Source: Octopus vulgaris (lineage: Eukaryota). Taken from it: 64,000 nucleotides of DNA. Where the stretch lies: positions 11,222,001 through 11,286,000 of the forward strand of contig CATOCA020000001.1 of assembly GCA_951406725.2 (NCBI GenBank). The letters are read 5' to 3'. Positions within the stretch are counted from its first letter, which is position 1; each line of letters starts with the position of its first letter. Positions 12,877 through 27,449 of the stretch are shown piece by piece. The notes beneath the pieces are model-generated. The model did not search any database, was not told the DNA's origin, and saw nothing but the letters and a program-made list of their open reading frames with translations. The position numbers and the translations under genes were made by a program.

Positions 12877-13417
12877 TCTCTCTATATAAAAGTAAAATGG
12901 GCGAATGTTACAAGTTTGCGTGTTTCATTTAGTGGTTATGCAGGTTTCAATGGCAGTAGGCGTGCTCGGATTTCGGCGAAAATTTACAGGGACATGTACA
13001 ATGAGGCGAGAAAGCGACTTGACTAGGTTAGAAATTTCCATCACAAAAGCTGTAGTTACTAGGGCAACAAAACCCAGACTTTGACAAGTGTTTGTCGTTT
13101 CTCCCTTGCGGTTACCAACATGTCTTCCTCGATCTCTCGCTTTCATAACTTCCCTCCAAATTCTTTCTATATCAACGTTCGACAGCTTCCACTTTCTTTC
13201 CCTCTCCGCCTTCCCCATCTTTCTGTCACTCATCCTCCCAACGCCCCTCTCTCTCTCTCTGTACGTCTGTCTGTATCTAACGGAGGAAACCGTTGACAAC
13301 CGCAAAAGTTTAAATATTCCCGCCTCAGGTATTTTACAACGGTGGATTTTTATCGACCACTACCACCACCACCACCGCATAGTCGTGATAACAGATATTG
13401 ATAAGATATTTATTGTG

Positions 13418-13461
<44 letters not shown>

Positions 13462-13783
13462 TATATATAAATATGTATATAACGTGTATATATAATGTAC
13501 ATATACATATATATATTTTATATACATATATATAATGTGTGTATATATATAAAGTGTAAATATCTATATTAATATATATATATACATATATATATATTTG
13601 TGTGCGTGTGTATGTGTTTATATACATATAAAATGTGATTACATATGTATACATAATGCGTATATATGTAGTATATATATAAATATATATATGTATGTGT
13701 GTGTGTGTGTGTTTATATATATATAAAATGTGATTACGTATGTATACATAACGCGTATATATATAGTATATATATTCAATGCG

Positions 13784-13837
<54 letters not shown>

Positions 13838-15185
13838 CATATAATGTGTGCACATGTGGTCGGATTGAACTGAAAATATGCACACCTATGTTAAAAGCAC
13901 TGGCGAGTGTGCATGGCAAATTTGAGTTTGCTCAATTGAAAGGCGTGACCTCTAGGGCAAAAGTACTCATCTTTTAAAATGTGGCCCGCGTAGACCCGAA
14001 GGGAATCGGGTTATAATACTGAAGCAAATAAAATAATAATATACTATTTTAATCCCGAGCAAGGCTGGGTATCTCTGGTATTCTAATATATATTTGTGAA
14101 AAGGGCGGACGATGTCTCACATAACGATTGTGCAGGCAAAATTGTTAGTAAATGTAGTCGGATTGTGCTGAAATTTTGCACACCTGTTGAAATCCTCAAC
14201 AGCCAACTACCTCCCGGAATTCCACCTCATGACTTTAGACTGAAGATTGGTGTTCCAGTTATGCTGCTAAGAAAGGTGGAACCACCAGAACTATGCAACG
14301 GTACGCGTCTGATCATCAAAAACATGGGACCTTAATTCTGACGACAATCATTCTGAGCGGACCATCTGCTGGCGTAACAAAGTTATTAAGCCCCATGATC
14401 CTTAGTCCCTCGGCGGTGCCATTTGAATTTACGCGACGGCAGTTTCCCGTCAATGAGCATCTACAAGGCACGGAGACAGTCGTTACAAGTAGTTGGCCTA
14501 AATCTGACACAGCAGTTATTTATCCACGGTCACCTATACGTCGGATGCTCCCGTGTCGGCAGTCCACACAATCTCTTCATTTCTGGTAATCCGGGCAACA
14601 CCAGGAACGTTGTCTACAAAGAAGCCCTGCAAGAACACTTTTGAATCTTCCGCCATGACTCTCCCGTCGCTGGGGTCATTGTAACTTTCTCAAATTTTTA
14701 GCCCAACTGCATCCACCGTCTTCATGTTGCTGGCCGCATCTGCAAACTGACCACCTCTGCCACCAGTCAAACTCCTGACCCCTGGGTTCACGTCCCGACA
14801 CTGATTCCGCAAAATTAGGTTGGGTGTGACTACATATTGTATCCAAAACATTGCAAGTGCAGTCGTATTATACTATTTCAGTTTTGTGCAGAGACCAGAC
14901 TGGTGTTTTGTATTTTTCCAGCATTTTCCCGTCATTCTTTGCCCTTCACATCTGCATCCGCGAGGTTTCTTCAATCACTTCTCAAAGTCTGTTTAAACAT
15001 TTGGCATTCTTTTTTACATTACCAATTTCTAATAAAAGTTTTTTTTTTTTGGTGGGTGGGAATTCCTCATCCTTAAAATGTGGCCCGAGTAGACCCGAAT
15101 GAAATCGGGTCATAATACCGAAACAAGTAAAACAATTAAAAAAACTGCTATTTTAACCCCGAGCAAAGCTGGTTTTCTCTGCTAG
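12877..15185 (+). mobile_element. Composite Helitron with PIF1-like helicase remnant
   Basis: 5' TC(TCTCTATATAAA); 3' hairpin CCCGAGCAAAGCTGG then CTAG at 15182-15185; a second degenerate 3' end at ~14054-14083. Confidence 0.78.
14180..14644 (+). pseudogene. Helitron Rep/Helicase C-terminal (PIF1-like) fragment, disrupted
   Basis: GIPPHDFRLKIGVPVMLLR..LCNGTRL, RQFP, QSLQVVGLNL..FIHGHLYVGCSRV, TRNVVYKE; in-frame stop and frameshift. Confidence 0.9.
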
Positions 15186-15265
15186 TGTATCATATAGGAA
15201 TAGTATTTCTATGTAATATAGGATGTGTCTATGGATGTTTCTATTTGTTCTGCAGTGATTTAAGG

Positions 15266-17690
15266 CAGGTTTTCCCAATGTGGCAATGGTTGCATGTTCT
15301 TTATTTTATATTCTACCATTATGATCATTGTTACTCAATAGTTATTGTAGATTTTCAGCAAAACGTCAAACTTTACCATTGTACATATAAAAAATAATCC
15401 ATAAATTTAAAATTTGAAAATTTAGTGAAACGCAACTCGTAAGTATTGTCCAATTGTTATTGGATTCTTACGTGATACGAGTGAACAGACCTGATTATTT
15501 TGAAATTTAACATAAAATTATTTAAATTACTTCAAATTTATTTCAGAAATTGATAAGCAATTACTATTAGAAATTATTAGTTTAGAAACAAATTATATGG
15601 TATCATCCTTTATATAAAATAATTTTGAATAAATTGCTGACATATCTTACTAATTTTGACCTCCAAAAACCTGGAATGAACTAATATTCAAATATTATAT
15701 GTGATGTAAAAACACAACAAAAATATAATAAACATGATCTTTCTTCCTGAAAGTTGTACAAAACAATAAGTCACTGATTATGTAAACTAAGAGGAACATA
15801 TTCAAATTTAAATTTAATTTGTAACAATAAACTTATTTATAAAAAGGACGTTTTGAAAAAACAGAGAAAAGAGAACTCTATCACTGACTCTCTGAAACCA
15901 AAAGGATAACTTTCAAATGTGATGACTCAGAATCAGTTCCTTTATTGAGTGAGATCTTCATCTTGTTCTGCTCAAAGACGGTGACAGTAATTAGCATATT
16001 GTAATTAAAGACAAAATATATTCTCTATAGAAAAATGGCCAAATCTATCGAGGAATAAAACTGCAGAAAGTAACGACGATGATATAACTGAGGAGAGTGA
16101 AGAACTTGAAAGAGTGTCATGAATTCAGAAATAAGTAATTCTTCCAGAACGACAAAAGAGGAAATATAATGGATTTACTTTTACTTTGGACAAATATTGA
16201 AAGAATTCCGGTCAGCTTTATTTGTAAGAATTGTTTGGTGTCTGAAAATATGAAGCCCACAAAAATTTAAAACGTTTTGATTCAAGACATTCCTTTATAA
16301 TAAGAAGACTATAGAATTGTTTTGAAAGGCTATCAGTACACAGAAGCAATCTCTTGAGCAAGTTATTCACTCAATAGACAGAGTGAAATACTTAAGGGCA
16401 TCTTTTGAAGCTGTTTATTTAATTGCAAGAGATAAAAGAAACCCCAAACAACATCGGCGAAGAACTTGTATTAGCAGCAGCAATGAAAACATCAGGAATT
16501 ATTCATTGAAATAACATGCAGATGAATCAAAGTTCGTCTGCGAAATGATAATGTTGGTATTTGTATTTCAGAAATGAATAATGATTAATTGGAGTAAATT
16601 ATGCGAAGGTTTTTAAACAACGTCTCTAAACATGCAATTCAATTAGATGAAGCAGCAAAAATTACAAACTATAGTAATATAGAATAGGGTCCAAGAAGAT
16701 TGGTTCATAAGATGGGGACTTTGTAGCTAAAAGTAGACGAAAGGCGAAGGAGTGGCTGTGTGGTAAGTAGCTTGCTTACCAACCACATGGTTCCGGGTTC
16801 AGTCCCACTGCGTAGCATCTTGGGCAAGTGTCTTCTGCTATAGCCCCGGGCCAACCAATACCTTGTGAGTGGATTTGGTAGACGGAAACTGAAAGAAGCC
16901 GGTCGTATATATGTATATATATGTTTGTGTGTGTGTATATGTTTGTGTGTCTGTGTTTGTCCCCCTAGCATTGCTTGACAACCGATGCTGGTGTGTTTAT
17001 GTCCCCGTCACTTAGCGGTTCGGCAAAAGAGACCTATAGAATAAGTACTGGGATTATAAAAGAATAAGTCCCGGGGATCGAGTTCCTCGATTAAAGGCAG
17101 TGCTCCAGCATAGCCGCAGTCAAATGACTGAAACAAGTAAAAGAGAGATAGAACTAGGCCTTGGATGGTATAAATGTAATGTAGTATGTAATAAAGATGC
17201 GGAAGCTATGATAAGGAGGGAAATTGGGGTTCAAGTTAAATTTGTAAGATAAAAACCCTATTTCTGTCACTTATTGCAATCTTCACTGAGAGGTGTTTGT
17301 TTCTCAGAAAATATTTCCAGATACTTTTGCAATATTACAAGAAGCGGTTAAAATTATTAACGTTATTAAAATTCTTGTTCTCAATAGTTTCCTCTTCTGT
17401 GAGAAAATGGCATCCAATTTCAGCAAAGTTTTATGAAGAACAGAAGTGTGATGAATCTGAAATGGAGAAGCTTTGAAACAATTGTTAGAACTTTAAGAAG
17501 ATGAAGACATAATATTCCTGCTGGGATTAAATTCAGATTTGTTCCACAATGAAGATTCGTTATACAAATTATTCTATTTGTCAGACATTTTTGGACAACT
17601 TAATAAACGCAATATGTCTGTACAAAAGGGAAAAAACACTGAAATTTCTTATTTAAATAAAAGATTCAAGAAAAATGAAACACATGGTTG
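15266..17690 (+). mobile_element. Degenerate hAT (Charlie/ZBED5-like) transposon interrupted by a SINE
   Basis: TIR-like CAGGTTTTCCCAA at ~15267. Fragments ENMKPTKI, ASFEAVYLIARDK, IGEELVLAAA and AIQLDE match Charlie-type transposases. Confidence 0.7.
16750..17145 (+). mobile_element. tRNA-derived SINE, family A, near-complete young copy
   Basis: Closely matches the 12011 copy; inserted in the hAT relic. Confidence 0.88.
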
Positions 17691-18240
17691 ATCGTAAAGA
17701 CAGATGCCACTTCCCCGCAGCTGAATTTCGTCGAGATACCTGTGCATCTGTCTCAATCTTCCACCACCGACCAGATATGTCTGCCGTTGACCTACACGCT
17801 GTTAACAATGGGAACCGGCTTCTTACACATTTTAAGCCGTTGATGCTTCAAGGAGTCGAGGCTTGGGGTACATGTCAGCTGCAGATGGACAGCTACTTTC
17901 TCTGTCATTGTCGGTCTTAGGTCAGGTGAGGATGATTCTGGTGGTTGGGTAGGGCTGCAACATAACCCCCAGAGAGAAAGAAAGAAAAAAGAATTAGAGA
18001 AAGAGAGAGAGTGAGAGAGAGAGATGTTAGTTAGGAAAAGAGACGACTCAAATGGTGCTTGGATTTGATGGTAATGTCCCACCAACACGCACAGATGCGG
18101 GAGAGGACATCCGAGAAGCTTTCCGACTGGAACAGCGATTTCCAGCAGAAGACCCGTCTTCGGAAGGCAGCCATTCTCACAGATGTGTGCGACGCACCGA
18201 ATTTGTTTCCTCATAACTCCCCGCCAAACGGCCATATTTA
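17690..18240 (-). mobile_element. Possible 5' fragment (UTR plus decayed ORF1) of an L1/Tx1-like LINE
   Basis: GC-richer block. The - strand reads VNGRHIWSVVE followed by Cys residues, resembling the region before a gag-like zinc knuckle; degenerate. Confidence 0.35.
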
Positions 18241-18479
18241 ATTAAATTTTCTGTTAATACGCTTCAGATGGTGATCATTCTGATTATATCGGAATTTGTA
18301 GCGAAACAAATTTGTCTGTGGGCGGAAAGATGAGTTTCGTAAAATTCACACGAATTGTCTGTGTTTGCTCAGAACTTTAACAAAAATGGGTTATTTTCTA
18401 ATGTAATTTTCTGCAAATACGTTACAGTGTGTGTAAAATGCGATTATATTGGAATTTAATGTGGAAAGAAAAACTATTG

Positions 18480-18518
<39 letters not shown>

Positions 18519-18624
18519 ACGCACATCATAATTTCCTTCGAAATTTCAAGTTTCCTTTTGTCGATATGTGACCTGTTGTACTATGTATGTGTAATAATCC
18601 ACCAAGTTAATTTTCTCTTATTCA

Positions 18625-19586
<962 letters not shown>

Positions 19587-19782
19587 GTTTATATATTTCA
19601 AAATAGAATATTACCCTTTAACAGGTAATTTTAACTTGCTAAAAATAGCAGCCATATATGTATATATATATATATATATACACACACACATATATACGCG
19701 CACATACACACACACACAAATATATATATATACATTTATATATATATATATTTGCGTATCTCTCTATCTCTCTCTCTCTCTA

Positions 19783-19822
<40 letters not shown>

Positions 19823-19835
19823 TCATCATTATCAA

Positions 19836-19879
<44 letters not shown>

Positions 19880-22015
19880 CGGAGATATAGTCGCTTTTCA
19901 TTGACAAAAATCTGAGCTGCCTCTGAGAAAATAAGAATTAGTTCGTCATATATATATACGTATGTATGTGTGTGTGTATGCATACATGTGTGTATACGCC
20001 TGTGTATGCATGCATGTATGTATGTATGTATACATGTATGTGTGTGTATATGCACTTGTTTATCGTATTTGGAATGGTCAGTTGGCTGGCGTCGAATTGG
20101 CGGAATGGTAAGGCATTTTAATTTCATTTTAATTTCATTTGCAGCCACAGCCAATTAACGCTTCAATGAACATCCTGTTGTCCAGTTATGTTGGGGGGAG
20201 GGTTGTGTTTCTGTGGGAGAAGGGGACAGTCAACTAATTGGATTTTAGCACCTCTGAGAAATGAAAGGCAAAAGGGAGTTCGACAGGAAAGGAACTCAGA
20301 ACGCGAATAGACAACGGAAACACTGCAAAGCAATTTGTAAATTTGTGTACAGACATTGTGTACAGGCATTGCCGACTATTTTGCTTGAATCTTCTTGTTT
20401 AATATTATCTTTTTAATTTAAGCTCTATACTTTTTGACTGTACAACTTATTCTTTCATTCGAAAGTCCTGCGGGGATGAAAAGGTGACGAAGTATTCAGA
20501 TCTGAGGAGTTAAACAAGCATGTATTTAGTAGTATACACACAAGTGTCCTATGAGTTTTTGGTTGCATGTGTACTTAAGCAATTGAATTCAAGGACGACC
20601 CTGCTCACCTAGAGACCGGAGACAATGCTATATAACTAAATGGATGGGAAGATGATGACTGGATGTCCTCTGATCATAGCTTTACTCAATCAGGAAACAT
20701 TGGCTTGTGACGCAGATATGTTTATAATGTTTTCCATCAAACATCTGGAAATAGCTGCGAAATCTCTTTCCAATCACACACTCTTATTTTACACAATGGA
20801 GGACATGGTTGCTAATGTTGGAATAAAAAAATTTAGTTGGTTATAGTTGGAATGCCTTTGTGCAAAATTACGAACAGGGCAAACAACAACGTCGACAACA
20901 ACACCCTAAGTAAAACACAACAAAAAAAAATCAAACAAAGATATGAACCTAAAATTGGCCTCGTTCTCAGACTGTATCACCACATCAAACTCTGCAATTT
21001 TCTGCGTCAGACATTCTATCATTACATGATACAACGCCATATCGTTAGCTGACAAGAGACATCACTTAGGAGTAACGCTCAGATCATTTCTCGGGGTTCC
21101 ATGAAAATTCAGTGGGTGTTGCTTCGTGAAAACGCCTAGTAGATAAGAAGGATTCTGGGATGCTGTCCCACCTATGTCATATAACATGTTAAATAATATA
21201 ATTGGTGTCCAAGGCAAATGACCATGCTCTTAACGGTGTTACATTCGCGATAGCGAGATCGCGGTTTCAATTCCCGTAAAGGGAATTGTATTAAGTTATT
21301 AAGCAAATCACCTCATCTTATATTAATTTGCGTCGTGTAGAAATGGTGAATTTCTTGAAAATGGATTAATTTTCCGGATATTAAAGTACAGCGAATCACA
21401 TATATCGACACAAAGTACTGACACTGCCGTTAAAAAAACACATAACGGGTCATAACAAATGTGTACTTCGGTCAGAATTCTTATCCGATACAAGCCGCAG
21501 AATGAGACAATAAACTTTCATGAGGTAATAGAATATTCAGATAAGTGGATAAACCCTATTTAATTTCTGTAAAAAATTAAAACTGAAGTCATATTTGAAA
21601 CCGGCATTGCAAATGTAAATCAATTTTTGCTACTTTCCTGTAAATATTTAAAATTGATATTTATACACACACATATCTACACTGGCGAGATTAAATTTAA
21701 GACCGATGATAATAATCCTATTTCTAACAAAATATTTTGTTACTAACACCATACAAATTATTTCTAACTTTTACACTTTATGGAGACTTTATTTCTCTTT
21801 GGAATGATGCAGACAATAACTATTTTTATACAACTTGAAGAATGCATGAAAGTACTAGTTCAATCAGAGTGGATATTTGATATTCTATCGCTTCATTATG
21901 TTATCTTATCTTATCATATATTATTATAGGATTGTAAATAAATCATGAAAATCAAAGTTGGAATTTCTTTCAGTAATATATTCTCCTATACACAATCATA
22001 CACACCTGTGTATAA

Positions 22016-22068
<53 letters not shown>

Positions 22069-22192
22069 AGGATATTATTGCTTACAATATTATCAAGTGG
22101 CAAGCATGCGTAAAAAAATGCCATAAGGTAAGGCATCATTAATTAATGATTAAAGTTCCTACAAGCAGCACCAGCACACTAAAAATAGCATT

Positions 22193-22230
<38 letters not shown>

Positions 22231-22536
22231 AGAGAGAAAGTCAGAAAGAGAGAGAAAAAGAAAGAAAAAAGAAAGAAAGAGAGAAAGAGAGAGAGAGAGA
22301 CAATTCGAAAAATAATTAGACAGATAAACAAACAGAAACTTCAATACATAGATTGAAACACACACACACACACACATACTCACACACACACATACACACA
22401 CACACATACACACACACACACACACACTTATATAAACATAAAAAAAATAACGCTCTCTTTCCTCAGTCAAGTCCCACAAGTCACGACCAACTCGGGCAGT
22501 TACACTTCAGACGGTTCGATCTGGTTGCCCCCACAA

Positions 22537-22614
<78 letters not shown>

Positions 22615-22696
22615 CATCTTTTATCCTTACATTTCCACGTGTATTTTATATTTTCTTTCTTTAACATATTTCTACTATGCTTATATATATATACAT

Positions 22697-22793
<97 letters not shown>

Positions 22794-22860
22794 TATAAGT
22801 GAGTTGTGTATGTGCGTGTATTCATTCAAACAATTACTAAAATATATAGCTGCACCAAGT

Positions 22861-22870
22861 GGGAAATTCC
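22861..22870. promoter_or_regulatory. Consensus NF-kB site GGGAAATTCC (also 34732-34741 and 35530-35539)
   Basis: Exact match to GGGRNWYYCC; adjacent CAAGTG and a TATATA on the - strand at ~22843-22849. Function untested. Confidence 0.4.
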
Positions 22871-23065
22871 GTTTGTACAATTGTTCCGAGTATAAATTAT
22901 TTGATAAACAAACCACTTGACAAACAGTAGAAAAGTAGACATTTAATATAAATTTTAATACAGAATAAGCAGGATAAGAAGAAAAAGGCGTAGCAGAGAG
23001 TCGCTCAGGAGATCACAGTATGTGAGACGAAAGAATTTATACTAATAGTAATAATAATAATAATG

Positions 23066-23132
<67 letters not shown>

Positions 23133-23139
23133 TAATAAT

Positions 23140-23359
23140 AGTCGTTCCTACTATAAGCACAAAGCCTGACATATTCTTGGATGGGGGGAGTTAGTCGATT
23201 ACATAGCCCCTAGTACTCAACTGGTATTTAATTTATAGACCTCGAAATGTTGAAATGTGAAGTTGACCTCGGGGGATTTGAACTCAGAAACTAATGATGG
23301 ATGAAATACTACCCAAGCATTTTGCCCGGCGTGCTAACGATTCTGCCAGCTAAACCTCA

Positions 23360-23404
<45 letters not shown>

Positions 23405-23772
23405 TATCCTGTCTACTGGAAGCACAAGGACAAGTCCATTACATCGATCCCAGTGTGTAACTGGTACTTAATTTATCGTCTCCGAAAGGATGAAGGGCAA
23501 AGTCGATCTAAGCGGAATTTGAACTCAGAATGTAGTGAGAGACGAAATACTTATCTCTTTACTACCCACAAGGGGCTAAACACAGAGAGGACAAACAAGG
23601 ACAGACACGCTGATTAAGTCGATTATATCGCCTCCAGTGCGTAACTGGTACTTATTTAATCGACTACAAAAGGATGAAAGGCAATATCGACCTCGGTGGA
23701 ATTTGGACTCGGTGGAATTTGAACTCAGAACGTAACCGCAGACGAAATACTTCTAAACGTTTCGCCCGGCGT

Positions 23773-23807
<35 letters not shown>

Positions 23808-24075
23808 AAAGTGAATATCAAATATATATTGCGCGTGTTTCATTGGCAACAGACGACCATCTCCAAATAGAAGAATTTCTGTTTTAACACCCAATTTCAA
23901 AAATGCATGAACGTAATAATATTAAATATTAAGTAGAAATATTCCGCCGAGGTTGTCTTTGCCTTTTATCCTTTCGGGGTCGATGAAATGAATATCAGTT
24001 ATATACTGGGGTCGATGTAATCAACTTACTCCTCCCCTGAAATTGCTGGTGTTGTGCCAAAATTTGGAATCAATG
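23140..24075. mobile_element. Cluster of tRNA-derived SINE family B copies (minus 23140-23770, plus 23935-24075) with (AAT)n tracts
   Basis: Head GCTGGCAGAATCGTTAGCACGCCGGGC, B box GAGTTCAAAT, body GTCGACTTTGCCTTTCATCCTTTCGGGGTCG. Confidence 0.82.
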
Positions 24076-24221
24076 TGTAGGAGAAATAAAACAAAACACA
24101 GCATCACTCACTAATGGACACCATGTTAATGGTTTTAACAAATTATAAAGTGAACGGCTTGGAGAGTGTTTCATCTTTATGCGTGTTTCCTTGGATTGAA
24201 TCTGTGTAGGGGGGCATGTTT

Positions 24222-24750
24222 AGGCGCGGCTGTGTGGTAAGACGCTTGCTTCCAAATTTGGATTCGGGTTCAGTTCCACTGCGTGGCACGCTACATAAAT
24301 GTCTTCTACTGTAGCCATTGGACTCTCAAAATCTTCATATGTGGATTTGGTAGATGGAAACGGAAAGAAGCCCATTGTGACTATTCTTTTACTTGTTTCA
24401 GTCATTTGACTGCGGCCATGTTGGAGCTCCGCCTTTAGTCGAACAAATCGACCCTAGGACTTAACCTTTGTAATCCTAGTACTTATTCTATCAGTTTCTT
24501 TTCCAGAACCGCTATGTTACAGGGACGTAAGCACACCAACATCGGTTGTCAAATGATGGTGGAGGGACAAATATAGACACACAAATACACACACACACAT
24601 ACGACGGGCTTATTTGAGTTTCCATCTATGAAATCCACTCACAAGACTATGGTCGGCCCTTGGCTATAGTAGAAGACACTCAGCCAAAATGTCTCGCAAC
24701 GGGACTGAACCCGGAACCATGTGTTTCATACTCTACGGCCACTTCTATGT
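24222..24750. mobile_element. Two SINE family A copies in inverted orientation
   Basis: + head at 24222-24375; - copy at 24385-24750. Confidence 0.75.
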
Positions 24751-25323
24751 CTATATATGTCTGTCTGTATGTATCAGTGTGTGTGTCTTTGTGTCAGTGT
24801 TTGTCCCACCGCTTGATGACCTGTGTTGGTGTGTTTACGTTCCGGTAACTTAGCGGTTCACCAATATACTCCAATAAAATAAGTACAAGGCTTAAAAAAT
24901 TAAGTACAGAGGTCAATTAGTTCGACTCAAAACTTCTCAAACCAGTGCCATCTCTATATATACACATAATCCTTTCCGAGCCATGTTCGTTAAAGGAATT
25001 GTTCGTTACACGAGAAATTGAAATACATACAAATAGAAGAAATCCGTTCATGCCACTCCCCAAAGCCACATAAAAGTATATATTATACCTTAGCGTTGAT
25101 ACAATAGAAAATCATGTAAAAGGTCGTATGTAGTGTGACTGCTCAGTTTGGTTTACCACTAAAACACCGGCTTGAACAGAAAAATGTGGTGCAGAAATTG
25201 GGTATCATGGGTTTAAGGTGTGGTTGATCATTGAGCGGAGGGACATAAATTATAACAGATTAGGAGCAAGAAAAACATTTAGCCTTTTTCAAGAACATTC
25301 ATTTTATAATTTATAATATTAGT

Positions 25324-25363
<40 letters not shown>

Positions 25364-26269
25364 TTTTTGTGTCTGTGTCTGTCCACCACCATCGCTTTAC
25401 AACCGATGTTGGTGAGTTTACGTCCATGTAAATTAGTGGTTCAGCAAAGGAGACTCATAGAATAAGTACAAGTCTTATAAATAATAAGTTCGGTGAAAAA
25501 GGCATTGCTCCAGCATGGCTGCAGTGAAATGGCTGAAACAAATAAAAGAACTGTGCAGAGTGGTTACAAATATGCACAAAAAAAGAAAATGCAGAAATGC
25601 ATAATATCCTTAATCGAGGATATTATTCGTTACCAGTCTTTTGGGAAACCATGGAGTTCTCAGATAAATGTGTCTGGTATTTTCGTGATCGAAGAGTTAG
25701 TAAAGTTTCCAGGAAAGTCCCTGGCAAAGGATAATGGAAATTAACAGTTGCATCTTTGAATAGAAAGTGAATCAGATTTGGAAGGCCTTGGAAGAGTCTA
25801 TTATTGGGCGAATGAGAAATATATGAGAGTATATAGAGATTAGTCTATATAGTGAAGGGGTGTTTGACTTGGGGGTTAAAGGGATGCATGTATACACACA
25901 CATACATACAGAGAGAGACATACACATACACACACGCACTAACATATGCAAACACACACAGACACACACACAGACACATATGCAGTGGCATATTCCTATT
26001 GATATACACACAGTCAGATACACACACTTACGCGGCCATACATACACATCCATACGTATGAGTTTAAAATGGACAGATAAATGTCTGTTTGCACGCACAG
26101 ACACACCCACATACAAATTCTCGCATAGTCATCGTAGATAATTATAGAGAGTTAAATTTAATTAAGTTATTAGAGGAGAGAGAGAGAAAGAGAGAGAGAG
26201 GAGAGTATTGTTTAGTAATTAAGGACGAGTAAAAGCAGATGTATAAACACCTGTCGCCTCATTGTATAT

Positions 26270-27440
26270 TTGACTACCAATGTGGGCCAGAGTGATTAAA
26301 TCGCCAAACTGGAAATACCCAGGACCGGATAGCGTACAAGGATATTGGCTGAAAATTTCCCCAGCAGTACACAGAAGAATAGCCAAGCAAATATATAAAA
26401 TGATCAACAACGGGGTACAAATCCCAAAGAGGCTGACCAAAAGTCAAACAATTCTTTGCCAAAATAATCCCAACAAAGCAATGCAGTGGATAATCACCGG
26501 CCTATCACCTGTCTGCCCCTCATGTGGAAGCTGATGACAGGAATAATATCTAATTAGGTGTATGATTTCCTGGAAATAAATTACAAAGCACCAGTGGAAC
26601 AGAAAGGGTACAGAAAGAATAGCCAAGGGACACTTACAGACTAATATGGTTTCAGAACGGAAAATGAAAAGGGAGACAGTGTTTGTAAGCAACCGCACAC
26701 GATCAGGCATTCATAACTAACTACATAAAATCCAAAATAGACAAAAACCAGGCAAATTCCCAATGTAGAGACTTTTAACATGAATTCACACAGAAAAGGG
26801 AGTCAGCAGTGAAGGCCAGATAGCAAGAAAGTAATATCACTGAAGGCAGAGAATCATAAGTGCTTCGGAGTATTAGAATCTGAGAGTGTACTAACAATGG
26901 AAATGAAAACAAAAATAGCTAAGGAGTACATCGGAAGGTTGAAGAAGCTAATGAAGGGAAAGCGAAGGGTTCTAAATCTAGTAAAGGTTGTAAAAACTTT
27001 GGGAAGTGTCGTTACTTCGGTATTCAGCAGAATTTGTTGATTGGAAAAGATCTGAATTAGCAAATCTAGACAGAAGAACTAGGAAGGAATTCAATATGAA
27101 TACAGGACTTCAGCCTCGATTAGGAAGAGCAAGATTGCACTTACTTAGAATAACGAAGGTGGAAGCGGTTTAATATCAGCAGAAAGTAGGGTAGAGTTAG
27201 CTAGAGTTGATATATATAATAATGAATAAAATTTATGATTTGCCTGAGTTATAGTAGGAGATAGGAAAGGAAAAAGCCAAATGAAATTAAAACAATAAAA
27301 AAAGTAGGAAGATAATCTAACTGACAAGAGAATGTATGGCAATGTCGATTGGCAAAGATAGTTGCAGGAAATAGTAATATTGAGACATGGTTATGGTTGC
27401 TGAAAGGAAGCTGAAAAGGGAGACAGAGTTTCTAAGCAAA
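26270..27440 (+). mobile_element. Degenerate R4/Dong-like (RLE clade) LINE RT fragment
   Basis: PNWKYPGPDSVQGYWLK, NHRPITCLPLMWKLMTGII, later GGSGLIS and WLWLLK fragments. Confidence 0.78.
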
Positions 27441-27449
27441 AATTAATTG

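Larger units (their letters stand above)
20195..24150. repeat. Segmental duplication unit P, copy 1 (paralog at ~32095-36925)
   Basis: Colinear similarity of unique sequence, SINEs and microsatellites, with frequent substitutions and indels. Confidence 0.92.

Noticed and set aside
16750-16820. tRNA-like A/B box sequences here and in many other places
   Set aside because: They are SINE heads followed by a conserved SINE body, with no complete cloverleaf.
22490-22530. GGTTCGATC B-box within a GGGCA..TGCCC stem (also ~34325-34360)
   Set aside because: No A box, cloverleaf or terminator; insufficient for an ncRNA call.
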